DNA of 63,796 nucleotides, filler included. It is 15 parts of 15 records of this genome, joined end to end, with 100 filler letters (N's around TTAATTAATTAA, not from the genome) between each part and the next. Parts side by side here need not be neighbours in the genome. Positions count along the whole stretch, not along the records: positions 13,097 to 17,135 come from SRR15195285_7598; positions 17,236 to 20,534 come from SRR15195285_7600; positions 20,635 to 24,189 come from SRR15195285_7604; positions 24,290 to 28,017 come from SRR15195285_7610; 11 more parts are not named here. One strand, 5' to 3'. The translations under genes were made by a program, and so were the position numbers. Below the pieces are notes generated by a model. That model saw nothing but the letters and a program-made list of their open reading frames with translations. It had not been told where the DNA came from and did no database searches. This document shows, in pieces, positions 13,097 through 24,818 of the stretch; position 1 is the first letter of the stretch, and every line of letters starts with the position of its first letter.

Positions 13097-14997
13097 CCGC
13101 ACTTGATATTGACGTGAAAATTGCAGTGGTCGGTGGCCGATCGGTCTGGAGTGGCAGCGTCGGCAAGCGTCAGGCTGGTGGGGTCTGCCTTCAGTCCTTC
13201 GCCTTGCCCTCGGTAGAGAGTCTGCGCCTCCCCGCTGGCGACGAGCTGTTTGTGCCGTATATGTTTGGTGCCAAGGGATCTGATCCAGCGTTCCCTTGGG
13301 GTGGAACGATGCCAGAAATTGCAGGCGTCCGTGGTATCGGCGATCAGTCTGGCGATGATCGCGAGCGAGCGTGGATGCCCAACGGCTGGGAGCGGACTAT
13401 GTCTTGGGCCGCGTGGCTGTCAGACGACATCGGCCTGTATATGGGCGTCCACGATCCTCAATCTCGGTTGAAGATGATGCCGGTTGGCCCACAGCGTGGA
13501 TTGAATGGACTGAGTGGCAACCTTCGCGCCGTGCACGTGCCCGACTCTTTCGACGACTCCTCGAGGGCTAGCTTCATGCTCCCGTACGAGGTCGTGGTGC
13601 AGGCCTTTCGTGGTGGCTGGTGGGACGCTGCGCAGATCTACCGAGACTGGGTGCTGAACGAGGCTGCGTGGACACGCAGAGGAAATCTCTCCGAGCGGAC
13701 GGACGTGCCATCATGGCTACTACGGAGTCCACTGTGGCTCAAGGTCAGTGGGAACGATCCCAAGGCTGAGAGCACGTTTGCGATCGTCGACGGAATTCGT
13801 GAGGTGCTCAGTGGCGACGATGGCGACTCGGCTGTCACGGACATTGGCATCCATTGGTACAGCTGGAACAAGGAGGAGTTCGACAGTCACTATCCTATCT
13901 ACTCGGCAAAGGATGGGTTTAGAGAAGCTGTGTCACGTCTGCAAAAGCCACATGCTGGGATCACAGCGCGAGTTGTTCCCTACACCAATGGCCGAATCTG
14001 GGATCCCACGGGTCCGCTGAGCTCAGTACCCGAGGGAGCGACGTGCAGGGCACGAAATGGTACGCCGTACAGAGAAGTTTACGGGAGTGGAGTTCCGTTC
14101 CGAGTGATGGATCCAGCCTCTCGTTTCATGCAGGATGAGTGGTCTGATGCCGTTGCCAACATCTCCCTGCAGTACGACACCGCTGGAGTCTACTCCGACC
14201 AAATTAGCTGCTCGCATGCTGAAGCTTGTTACAGCGAAAATGCATCCAGTGCGTCAAGCTGGGCAGTGGGATCCCAGCAACTGCTCTCAGAGATGCAGCG
14301 CAAGATGGGCGCGGACAAGGTGCTGATTTCGGAAAGCCATGACGAAGCAATGATTGGAGGGCTATCTGCATTCTTATCAATATACGGCTGGCTGGGCAAC
14401 ATGAAGTGCCAGACAGTGCTGGCGTGGCAGGCGGTCTATGGTGGTTGGACAGTGAACGTCGGGGACATACGCTATCCTGCTCATCCAACACAGAAAACTG
14501 CGACGGGCTTGCTTTCATTTAATGCCACGGAGGCCGCAGCTCACCGCGCAATTAGTGCACAGCTATTTGTCTCAGGTGGGGTGATGGGCTGGTACGGTGG
14601 CTCTGTTGGCTGGGAGAATGTGTTGGCGCTGCCTGCGGCCGACGTGAATTACACGCGATTGCTGGCAGCGACGAAGGTCACGGCTAGCAAGTACCTCGTC
14701 TACGGGCGGCTGTGGCGGCCGCTTGTGTGGCGAACGACAGTACCGACCATGCAGCTGCATGACTACGGCTATATGGAGCATAACACCAGCCAGTCATGCA
14801 CGACCTCGCTTGTTCTAGCGGAGTGTTGGCATGCCAGTGACGGGACGTTTGCCATTGTGGCGACCAACCATGGCGAGTCGCCGGTTACTCTCAATGTGAC
14901 TGTAGATGTGTCTACAGTGGGTGCCGCGACGCCTAGTCTCGTACATGTTGTCCACGTGATGCCGTCGTTATCGGCGGAGGTCTTCCCGCTCTCATGA
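13097..14997 (+). CDS. Putative glycoside hydrolase (DUF6259-like TIM barrel), intronless, 5'-truncated
   Basis: Motifs GGWWDAAQIYRDW, HWYSWNKEEFDSHYP, PYTNGRIWD, MDP, GVYSDQI and ISES resemble bacterial DUF6259-type proteins. The frame is open from the contig edge. Confidence 0.65.
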
Positions 14998-15820
14998 TGC
15001 TAGGTTCAGGACTGTCATCAATGTAAACTAAGTTCCGTAGGTATAGCCTACTACCTGGTACAGCTGCAGTTTGCAACCAAGTGCTCCAACCTCGAGATTG
15101 ATTGCGCAGCACGACATTTTGAAACATTGAATGATTGACCACTTCTAGTCTTGAACGGTTGATGTTCTTCCCTTGCTTAATTGCCCGCATCCTACCGCAC
15201 GTCGCACCATTGAGATCGCGCGTGGGGCCTCAACGCTCCGTCGGAGTGAGGGTCAACGCTGCAATGTCGTGTGAACCGACCAGAGCACTAAATAATCCAG
15301 AGGAAGAGCCGCGTGCTCTACACCATGGTCGTGTTAGGAGTTGGTGGTGGAACGCGACGGGTGCAAACGCGTGGCAAGGGTGCGCATTGTAGACTACGAC
15401 CATGGAGGTGGTATGGTGAGTGCGACGAGCATGACTCTTTTTGCGAACAAGGGCGTGGTCATGCGGCATCTAGATTGGTGCAAGGAGGAATTCACAAAGC
15501 TTGACGCTAATGACATGTAGAGTTGTGTCGAGAGAGCAACTGAGTAATGCATCTGCATCTGACTCTCATGTTCTAGGTTGTAATATCATGCAGTAGATAC
15601 CAACTAGTTTTTTAAAGATCGCACTGCTCTAGGGGTCGTGGTGAGCTGCGCCATGACGTACATGTGACAAGGGTGGACGTTTGGCTTCAGGAACTTATCA
15701 AGGTCTCGCCGGCTGCCGAAGACGTTGGTCGTGGCGCGACGTGATATTGCATTAGAAGAATACGTCTGCGTGTTTCGTTCATCACGTATGTACTCAGTCT
15801 ACCGCCAGTCGTTGGTTGTC

Positions 15821-15879
15821 TTGTCTGTAGCATGCAGTATAGGACCTCTGTGTCTGCTAGCTTGCAGTATAGGACCTCT
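15821..15879. repeat. 30-bp tandem duplication
   Basis: TAGC(A/T)TGCAGTATAGGACCTCT at 15828 and 15858. Confidence 0.85.
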
Positions 15880-16123
15880 TCCTGCCTGGCGAGGTGCAGA
15901 CGGCCTGAGAGCCAATGCCGAAGCCACAGTCCAGCAGTACGGAGTACGTACAGACCTCTGTGGATATTGTGCCGAGAATGCAGTCGATCAACACCAACAC
16001 CAACACCACTGCCAGGTGCACCCTGCTATTAAAAGCCGCGAAGCCAAAATGAGACTGGCAGCCGCATCAACAGGTGGAGGAGGAGCGTCAGAAGGGCAGT
16101 AACGAGATGCGCAAGATCTTGGC

Positions 16124-17050
16124 TCAGCTGATCCGCCACTCGATTGTCCGCTGCTGGTTGGCGACGTCCCACGACTGCCGCTTGATCGCACACGAGTCCG
16201 CACTCGCAGTTGTTTGCGGCTCCGTTACACAGTACTGGCCATCACGCAGTGGGTCGCCTGCGTATCTGCGCACTGCTGCCCTGTACCCATCCACCGCGCC
16301 ACTGAAATCGCCGCTGGCTCGTAGCTCAGCGCTTTCGGCGATCGCCTCGCGGTACTCGCGGCAAGCAGCTTCTTCAGCGGACTCACTGGGCTGCAATGGT
16401 GTCTGATGATAGTGTGCGGGTAGTGCTGATGCTGGAAGCCACGAGCACGCAGATGCCAGCGGTGGGTGATCGTCCCGTGGATCCGACACCCGCGAGGCAG
16501 CCAGGGCCTCCTCACCCTCGCCGAGTTCCAGGCCCGGCCGGTAGTTCAGCTGCTCAGCTGCGGCACCCGCGTGGCGACAGGGTCCCCTGAGCAATGAGAC
16601 CACGAGGAAAGCGTCACTCTCCTCTGAGCTCCCATTTTCCATACGCGCGTTCGCGACGGACAAGGCGGTGCTTCCACGCGGGAACTCAGCCCCATCGAGT
16701 TGCCCACCGAGCTTCTCACAGCGCTTGAGCATCGTGGACTGGCAGCCAACGTCCGCGCTCGCCTCAAGGAGCTCGGCCACAACTGCTGGCAGCGTACGCA
16801 GCGCCGCATGCATCAGCAGCGTCCACCCGTGCTCGTCCCTCGCGTCCACATGCGTGGCCAGCCGCGCAACCAGCGGCATCTCCCTGCTGCGCTGCGCGCC
16901 CGAGTGCTGCTCGAGCAGCAGCGCCACGTCATCCCCCGTGATCCAGCGCCGCACTTCAGAACGCCCCCCCAGCTCGGGGGGCGGGCTCTCGGTCACGCCC
17001 ACTGGCTCGTCCACAGCAAGGGCGGGCTCATCCCCAGCGCGGCGGGCCAT
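16124..17050 (-). CDS. Ankyrin-repeat protein with TPR-like helix; 3' end uncertain
   Basis: VDARDEHGWTLLMHAA...VAELLEASADV and GSTALSVA ankyrin motifs; GDFSGAVDGYRAA is TPR-like. Confidence 0.65.
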   Translation of the reverse strand: MARRAGDEPALAVDEPVGVTESPPPELGGRSEVRRWITGDDVALLLEQHSGAQRSREMPLVARLATHVDARDEHGWTLLMHAALRTLPAVVAELLEASADVGCQSTMLKRCEKLGGQLDGAEFPRGSTALSVANARMENGSSEESDAFLVVSLLRGPCRHAGAAAEQLNYRPGLELGEGEEALAASRVSDPRDDHPPLASACSWLPASALPAHYHQTPLQPSESAEEAACREYREAIAESAELRASGDFSGAVDGYRAAVRRYAGDPLRDGQYCVTEPQTTASADSCAIKRQSWDVANQQRTIEWRIS

Positions 17051-17259
17051 AACGGCTCCCGCCGGTAGCCGTTACCCGCGCCCACTCCTTAGGCCTGGCG
17101 CGATTTTTTAAAAGTTCATTCCGGCGCTTACCGTCNNNNNNNNNNNNNNNNNNNNNNNNNNNNNNNNNNNNNNNNNNNNTTAATTAATTAANNNNNNNNN
17201 NNNNNNNNNNNNNNNNNNNNNNNNNNNNNNNNNNNCGTCACCGTTACGTGTCGTTGCAG

Positions 17260-19240
17260 CTGCGGCAGCCCACCTTGCTTGTCGGTGCCCCGTCCGATGA
17301 CTGGCCAGCACAGCACTGGACGATATCCTCCGTGCGTGGCGCTCTCGGGAAAACGGTGCCAAACGCCATCCTGAGCCGGCAGCCACGGCTCTACTACTAC
17401 AACAAAGCATTTCCGATGTTTAAAACTCCGCCACTACTACAGCGAAGATGGCACGAGCCCTATTCAGTCAAAAATCTCTCATCAAACGACTTTTTCGAGC
17501 TCGTTCAGTCCACAACAACACCGCTCGAGGATAGCAGAGATGGGGAACGTGGAAACATGGCATCGAGAAACCGAGGCGATGCGAGTGAGAGCGAGCAACA
17601 TCTGTTCGCTTACTTCAGCAGCCAGATAGGAAAGCTACCGAAGGTCGTTGGTGAGCTTCTTGCAGCTGATCTTCAACCGCCGTTTACGTACCAGCCTGAT
17701 GGCCAGCGAAGCACCGCCAGGAACCTTGCTACTGGCGATGTAAGTCATGCATGGCGACCTTCGCTGTGGGTGGGCTCGGTGGGCACTATAGCACATCTTC
17801 ACTGGGATGCTCGGTGCGCTTTTTCTTTTCTGCCAGACTTTCCCCCGGCTTTCTTTTACGTCATGTGCTGTTTGGAATGAATATGTCGATGCCACGTGAT
17901 GTCTTTGTGTCAACCAACCAGACCAAACATCTTCACTCAGCTAAGCGGGCGAAAACACTTCCTGCTTGCGCAACCGGACGGTGCCAGACTCTACCCATTT
18001 TCGCGACTTCACCCGGGCTCGCGGCAGTCCCAGGTAGATTTGAGTTTGCCTCGTGCGAAAGTTGCAAACCGATTTCCGAGGCTAGTTGGCGCGGTATTTC
18101 ACAAGCATGTTCCTTGACTATGTATCACAGGCTTGGTTGGATTTCCCAAGACAGGCGCATCGCTGCCGACAAATTGAGAGTGTGTATTTGTGATGGAACA
18201 GGCGTGCAGTGAAGTCACGCTCGAACCTGGACAGGTGACAATCACACGTAGAGCTTTCATTCCGCAAAGGCTCTGAGACATAATATCCGCTCACGACGGA
18301 TCCTTGCCGCAAGAACATTTGATCCGAGGAGAATTGACGGTGTGAAACGCAGGTACTACTAATACCAGGTGGTTACTTTCACGAGGTCACCACGTTGACT
18401 CCTTCAGTCGCGGTCAACAGCTATTTCGGCACAGAAGACACCGATACGGTATGGATTCAGTCGGAACGTGCTAGACAGTTGGCGTAATTTGCGTTTTGAG
18501 ACTCTCGAACGATATAAGTCGGGATCCTGTGTGACCTATCTCGCTGTGTGCTTGCGCAGGTGGCAGACTTGTTCTCGATCAAGCCTTCGCTCAGCCTCGG
18601 CGCGTTGCTGCAGCTTGAGTCGATAGACACGCACGAATCGGCATTAGAATTGCGCGAACGGCGCCGGCTGTCCGAAAAGATTGCCATGGCGTACGTTGGA
18701 ATGTTTGTCACGCTAGGGGATGGATTTTCAGCGAAGTCAACCGGCTCAGAGCAGGAGCGCCAGATTGATCTTGCACAGGAAGGGAGCAGCATTGGAAACG
18801 CCAAAGTGAAGCCCGACTTGGTGCTGGACTTTGCTCAACGGCTGGTTGATAACCGCCACGCCCATTTTGAGTACGACCCACTCTTTGCGGACGACGCAAC
18901 AGTCGGTGCTGCTAGCGATGCAACAGGCCAAGGCGATTTTGAGCGTGATGACGAGGAAGACGAGCGCTCATGGGACTGGTGCCCATCAGGTCTGCCTGAG
19001 CAGAATTGGGCAAATGCAGCTATCCACCACAAGCACGGACGGACAGTGGAGCAACGTCTGTGGGTGTTGGCTGCCGAGGCCGTCCAGTTGGTGAGAAAGC
19101 TGCCTCCTGATACGCAGGAACTGACGGCAGGAAATTACGTGGAAGAGTCGGTGTGGTTGATCCTCTCTATGGCTCGGCCAGCGCAAGGGAGGTATGGAGC
19201 GGTGAGGCGGATGCTATATCTACTGTCCGAGTGCCTGTAG
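17260..19240 (+). CDS. JmjC/cupin-8 2-oxoglutarate-Fe(II) oxygenase, 5'-truncated; introns 17814-17921, 18094-18201, 18235-18352, 18449-18559
   Basis: LWVGSVGTIAHLHWD (HxD), NIFTQLSGRKHF, LYPF..HP..RQSQVD and EVTLEPGQ|VLLIPGGYFHEV (distal His). All introns are GT-AG and in phase. Confidence 0.88.
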
Positions 19241-19767
19241 ATGCACCATCGAGAATGAGAGATACCACCGTTTTCGTAGCTGCCATGCCATCAGGTCCCT
19301 CATAGTTAGGGACACGGCACCCATCCTTGACGCGCCCTAAGTACTGCCCCACGAGTTCTCGCATATGCCTTTAGCATCCAAGAACACACTCTACTGCACT
19401 GCCAGGCAGCGCTACCAAGTAACGCGAAGATACAATACTATGCACCGGAATGCCGACGGCTATGTTGTATTCGTCGTCGGCGCCATCCACAATCATCAAG
19501 TTGTCGCTAGTACCCCCATTTGTCATACTATGGATAGTAGTATGCGAATCTGTACTACTAGTAGTACTATTCACCTGCCTGCATTGCGGGTGTAGTACAC
19601 ACCCAAAAACCGAATAACTTGATGACCTAACTCGTCGCGCGCGCCGCCCCGCCCCCCGGCGCCCTCTCACGCAGGGTCGCGCGCGGCGGGTGTACTGGCG
19701 GCGTTGCACTGAGCTTGAAGGCCGTCGCCGTGCACGGCTGTACCACGGGTATAGCTGCTCCACAACA

Positions 19768-20400
19768 ATGGTCCTAGTGCTCCTGACTTCGCTTGCGGTT
19801 GCTGCACTGGCAGGGACAGCCTTGGCTGACGAGGATGTGCCTGGCTGGAATGATTGTGCGTGACCACGAGTGCCGGCTGCGCGCCGGCGCTGCAGTGCCT
19901 GCCCTCGCGTGCTGCCTGCCCAGATAGTAGCATATAGATGATCTGTACTGTGGAGCAGTAGCACTTTGCAGCTCCCAGTCGAGTAACATCACTACAGTCG
20001 ATCTCCTACAGTAGTCAATATACGTACGACCACCTCGTGGACCACACACAATGACAGCAGTGCCGCTTGTCTTCACGCTGCAGACAGCAAGGGAGCACGG
20101 CAAGTATCGACTGCTGGAGACCGCTTGTCCGGTGATTTCGCTGACCATACTCTGTCTGCGCTGTTGCTCGTCCCCCGCGCGGTGTGGCCGGAACTGGCGC
20201 AGGCAAAAAGGAGCAGTGCGACCTGCGCATCATCCGGCACCCACAGGCACGCAGCTGCAACACCACAGACCGACGCGACCCTTGCCGTGCTGCAAGGAAC
20301 GCCGTCGACAAGCCGTGGGCGCTCGAGTACGAGTACGCCGTGCCCAGCCACGAGCAAATGCCAACTGGCAAGGACTGGAATGCAAAGGTGTGGTCAATGT
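19768..20400 (+). CDS. Putative secreted protein with short exons, 3'-truncated; exon structure uncertain
   Basis: ATG plus signal peptide MVLVLLTSLAVAALAGTALADEDVPGWND, then a GTGCGT donor at 19856. Downstream protein-like segments KKEQCDLRIIRHP and NAVDKPWALEYEY. Confidence 0.4.
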
Positions 20401-20503
20401 CCGATTGCGAGATTGCATAGCGCCCTCACTTGGAGCGACACTGTGACGATGAGATTGACTTCGGCCAACACACTGGCTGATTATACACTGCCTGTACTAC
20501 TGC

Positions 20504-20534
20504 TTCTCTCTCTCTCTCTCTCTCTCTCTTTCTC
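20504..20534. repeat. (TC)n microsatellite at contig end
   Basis: Directly visible. Confidence 0.9.
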
Positions 20535-20634
20535 NNNNNNNNNNNNNNNNNNNNNNNNNNNNNNNNNNNNNNNNNNNNTTAATTAATTAANNNNNNNNNN
20601 NNNNNNNNNNNNNNNNNNNNNNNNNNNNNNNNNN

Positions 20635-22035
20635 GGGAAGACCTGTATGTTGGTCTCGTACTCGCAGGACAAGTTTCCGACGGAGTACGTGCCAACGGTG
20701 TTCGACAACTACGTGAGGACGCACACTGGCCCCACGCCGAGCTGTGCAGCTGCCGCTGCCGTCACGGCCGCCGCTGCACGCCTGCACACGATGTGCGCCT
20801 ATCTGACTTGCCCGCGCCACCGGTGTTCCACAGAACTGCGAGCTCGATATCGATGGGAACAGTGTGAGCCTGGAACTCTGGGACACCGCGGGGCAGGAAG
20901 AGTACGACCGTGTACGGCCGCTCAGCTACCCCAACACCGATGTGTTCCTGGTCTGCTTCTCTATCAACAGCCGCAGCTCATTCAACAACGTGCGGGACAA
21001 GTGGATGGTGGAGCTGCATGCGCAGCCGAGCTTGGACTTCAATAAGACCAAAGTACTGCTGGTCGGCACGAAGAGCGACCTGCGGGACGAGGATGCTGAC
21101 GACCTGATCTCCGCAGACGAAGGCGAATTTCTGGCGGATCAGATCGGCGCGAACAAGTACGTCGAGTGCTCTGCCCGCACGCGCAACGGCTTGAAGGACG
21201 TGTTCGATCAGGCACTGAAGCTGCACCTGGGACTAGAGGAGGCGATAGAGGTGCCCGAGGAGAAGAAGGGCTCCCGGCTGGCCGCAGGGATTGGCGCGGC
21301 GTTCGGTAAAATCGCTGAGCTGAGCAAGGCGGAAGAGAATGCGCTAGCGGACGCCACCGTGCGGGCGACTTCACGACCGGATATTGAGGTTGTGAACCGC
21401 GGTTGGCTGGAGAAGAAAGGCGGGAATACGGCAGTCCTCCCAGACGGGAGCTTAAAAAAGGTGCGAAACATGAAGAAGGGGGGGCGACGAAACTGGACTC
21501 GGAAGTTTTTCGTACTGCTGTCGAACGGCGTGTTGCTGTACTACAAGGAGGAGGAAGTGCGTGCACGCTTGCCGACTATAACCCTTCTTCTCGTGTGGCA
21601 CACCTCTGCCCGCGCGTTCTCAGGCTCATCCGTGCCGGTGTGTGTGTTGCGAACGCGCGCGTGCCTGTGCAGGAGACAGCAGAGAACTACAAGGGGTTTG
21701 TGCAGACTGGGCCTGGGACTGAGGCACTGGCGATGGCAGAATCGGCTGTGGAATCGACTGCGCGTGAGTTTATCATCAGTGCAAGCAACAGCACGAGTGA
21801 GGAGGGGGTGGACGCAATAGAGTCGACAAAGAATAGTTTGATGCTGCGAGCGGCAGACGAGAACGAGCGGCAGAACTGGCTCACTATTGTGAAGGCAACT
21901 TGTGTGGCTGTCGGTGGCGGAGCTGCTGCACCGGCGGCTGCAGCGGGGGCGGAGGAAGGAGTGCCTCCAGCCACTGAGCCAGCACCGGAGCCAGCACCGG
22001 AGCCAGCACCGGTAGATGATCTGTACGAATTCTGA
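20635..22035 (+). CDS. Rho/Rac-family GTPase fused to a C-terminal PH domain, 5'-truncated; introns 20713-20833 and 21557-21672
   Basis: GTPase motifs [39 protein letters not shown] and ECSA. PH motifs [22 protein letters not shown] and [14 protein letters not shown]. No CAAX box. Confidence 0.92.
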
Positions 22036-22094
22036 ATCTCAACTGCCGTCTGCTCCACCGGCCAGAAGCTACCGATATCCGCTGAGGCTCTCAA

Positions 22095-23655
22095 TCAGAT
22101 TAAACGGCAGGTCTGATACAAGTCAGTCATGTCGATCAGTTTTCCGTCGCTGTTGTAGTAGTTCTTCTTCACTTCCGTCATCCCAAACTCAGCCCAGCAT
22201 TGTTTATAACTGCCGTGATTGATGTCGGTGTCGACAAGCGAAAATGTTATCCGGTCAGGGTCCTGATTCCGAGACAAAGGCGAGTCAGTCAGGTTGCAAA
22301 CGGAGGCCGCGCGGGCGTGTGTGCCAATTGCATGACCGCGTGTGCGCTCGCGCACCGGCTCGGAGCCTCGACCCCACGATACACCGTTCGCAGTCCCTAA
22401 ACTTATTTGCGCGTCGTTTACTGTCGGTGGCCAGGTGTTCGGATTCGGATATCTGAGCTCCGTAGGGTACACAGTTGGTGATCTCCCAGCTGCGAAGTCG
22501 GTATTCGCTTGCTCAACGAGAGCCTTGCACTCAGCCGCAGTTGGTGTGTCTGGCAACCTAACCTCCTGACACGCACTGGTCGTGCTCAATCCCGCAGCGC
22601 AGCCGCCATCCCCCAGCTCCCAGGCGGTGCCAGGCACACCAGGTGTGCAGTCTGGTCCGAGGTCCACGCAGCACTGGGTCTGTTGACACTTTGTACCCTC
22701 TGGCGTGCAGAAGATCTCGTTGCGCGGCGAAACAACAGCGAACGAGCTGAAGTCGCCGCCGTTGGCGGACATGCCCGAGGCCCTGACAGCTCCCGCGGAG
22801 CAGTTGAATAGCGTCTCGTCGGGCACGCCGTCGCCGTTTTTGTCGCCACATGCGCGGGGTGGGATGTACTGTGGCGCCTCGTAGGTGACTGGAAAGAGAT
22901 CGCCGAGCCCAAGCGTCTCGCCCAGACCCCAGATGTTCCCACCGTTGATGATCTCGATGGATACCGCCATGCACAAGATGACAATCATGGAAAACACCAC
23001 GAAGATGAACCCAACGCCCTTATGTGACTCGGTTGGCTCACGGCTCGTCGCGTCGTCGAACCGATCCTCAAACTCGCGCGTCGGAATGAACTCGATCCCG
23101 TCCTGCTTTGTTCTAATCGCGCCACCACCCTCGTTGTCAACTATCCCAGTCGGTTGCGGGAACCCTCCGGCCATCTGCTGCGGAGCGGGTCCTGGCGGCG
23201 GGGGATCTGCGACAGCCACACATGCAGGTGAGATTCGCGGACCTCATCTCGTCCTGGAAAACCAACTCCAAGATTGCGGACTGAAAAGAACACAGGATGA
23301 GCGTGGGGTGCATAGCAACTAGCAGGCGCGTCGCAGGCAGTACAACAGAGTGAGAAAGCGACAAAGCGCGCGCAGTCGGCGAAGAGGTGTGGAGCATCAC
23401 CGAATCCATCGTCGTAGCCTTGCTCTGCATAGTTGCCCGTATCCACCCATCCGTCTGCATGACGACAGAGCACGCAAACACGCACATCAAGCAGGCGACG
23501 CTACTGCAGGAGGGCTCAGCCGAGCGCTAGCACCAAGGACGCAGCTGCCCCACTGGGCAGCTCGCTCACGCACTGCCAGCGAGGGGATTCGGCTGGTAGC
23601 CGTTGCCGAAGCCCGTGGGACGGGGCGCCGCGACCGGCGGCTGCTGCTGCTGCAT
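22095..23655 (-). CDS. Type II membrane protein with Cys-rich extracellular region and C-terminal PAN-like module; about 3 introns
   Basis: ATG at 23655 (MQQQQPPVAAP) with a GTGCGT donor at 23573. Single TM GFIFVVFSMIVILCMAVSI; NGVSWG...CWAEFGMT...YQTC module. Probable in-frame intron at 22263-22355. Confidence 0.6.
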
Positions 23656-24818
23656 TGCTGCGTCAAAATCAACCCCTGCGCTCTCTCGTAGTACCGCCAC
23701 TGTCTCTCGCCCCGCGCGTAGGCAGCGGGACGGGGAGTCCGCTGCGCTGCCCAGTCAGTTGTATGGGCGAAGAAACGGGACGACCACTTTTCACAGCCAG
23801 TTGTATGGGAGCAGAGGTCTGCTGTATTATCTCTCCCGATCGCTTCCGCGCCGTCGGTGTCAAAATGATAAGGATTTCAGTACTAAATGCAGGGCCGGGC
23901 AGCCGGGCGGGAAGAGAAGACGCGCCCGCACGATTTCTCAGTGAGTTCTCCCTAGCAACCCGTCGCTCACCATATTCTCTACAAACCCGTACTTCTTTCA
24001 GTTTGCATATCAGAATAAGTGCTAATTTCATTGAAGCGTAGACCGTTGATAAATGCGCTTCAATGTGAGCGAGGCTCCCGTGCCTGTGGGTTCTCACGGT
24101 GTCCTCCGGCGCTAGCGTCGGAGCGACTTGAGGGCAGTCATGACTACCTTCTCCGTAAAACATTTTAAATGTATAATCGGGATTCGGAANNNNNNNNNNN
24201 NNNNNNNNNNNNNNNNNNNNNNNNNNNNNNNNNTTAATTAATTAANNNNNNNNNNNNNNNNNNNNNNNNNNNNNNNNNNNNNNNNNNNNGAGTTCTATGT
24301 ACTCCACAAGAATTCAACCCTGGCCAAAAGCACGGTAGAGCGCTGCCAGCCTCCTGCATACACCGTGTTCTCAGAGTGGATCGCACGCACTCACTCTCGC
24401 GTAGTAATACACAGTCGCTCAGCCGGCGGGTTCAGGAGTGCCATACGCTGCTCGCTGGGGAGTGAGCCATTGATGGATCTTTGGGGTCTGTGCGAGTCGT
24501 CCGGCAGATATGGCGGTGATGATCTGCGCGGCATGGGCTAGCTAGCGAGCGCTCTGCGTTCTTCCTTCCGGAGGGGGCGGCTCGGGGCTGTGGAGAGAGG
24601 CTGCTTGTGATACAGCATTCCCGGGGCGGGGGTGTGGCTGGGGCGTGGCTGGGACGTGGCGGTGAGCTGGCGCTGCGGCTTGCCAACCGGAGGTGACGAG
24701 CCAAGTGAAGGAAGAGTGGCGAGCTGAGGCTTGGCAGCAGCAGTCGTACCGTGTACACTCGAGGGCTGATGGCCCGGGGGAACGTGCGGCAGGCTGCGTG
24801 AGCGGCGAGCGGGTCGAT

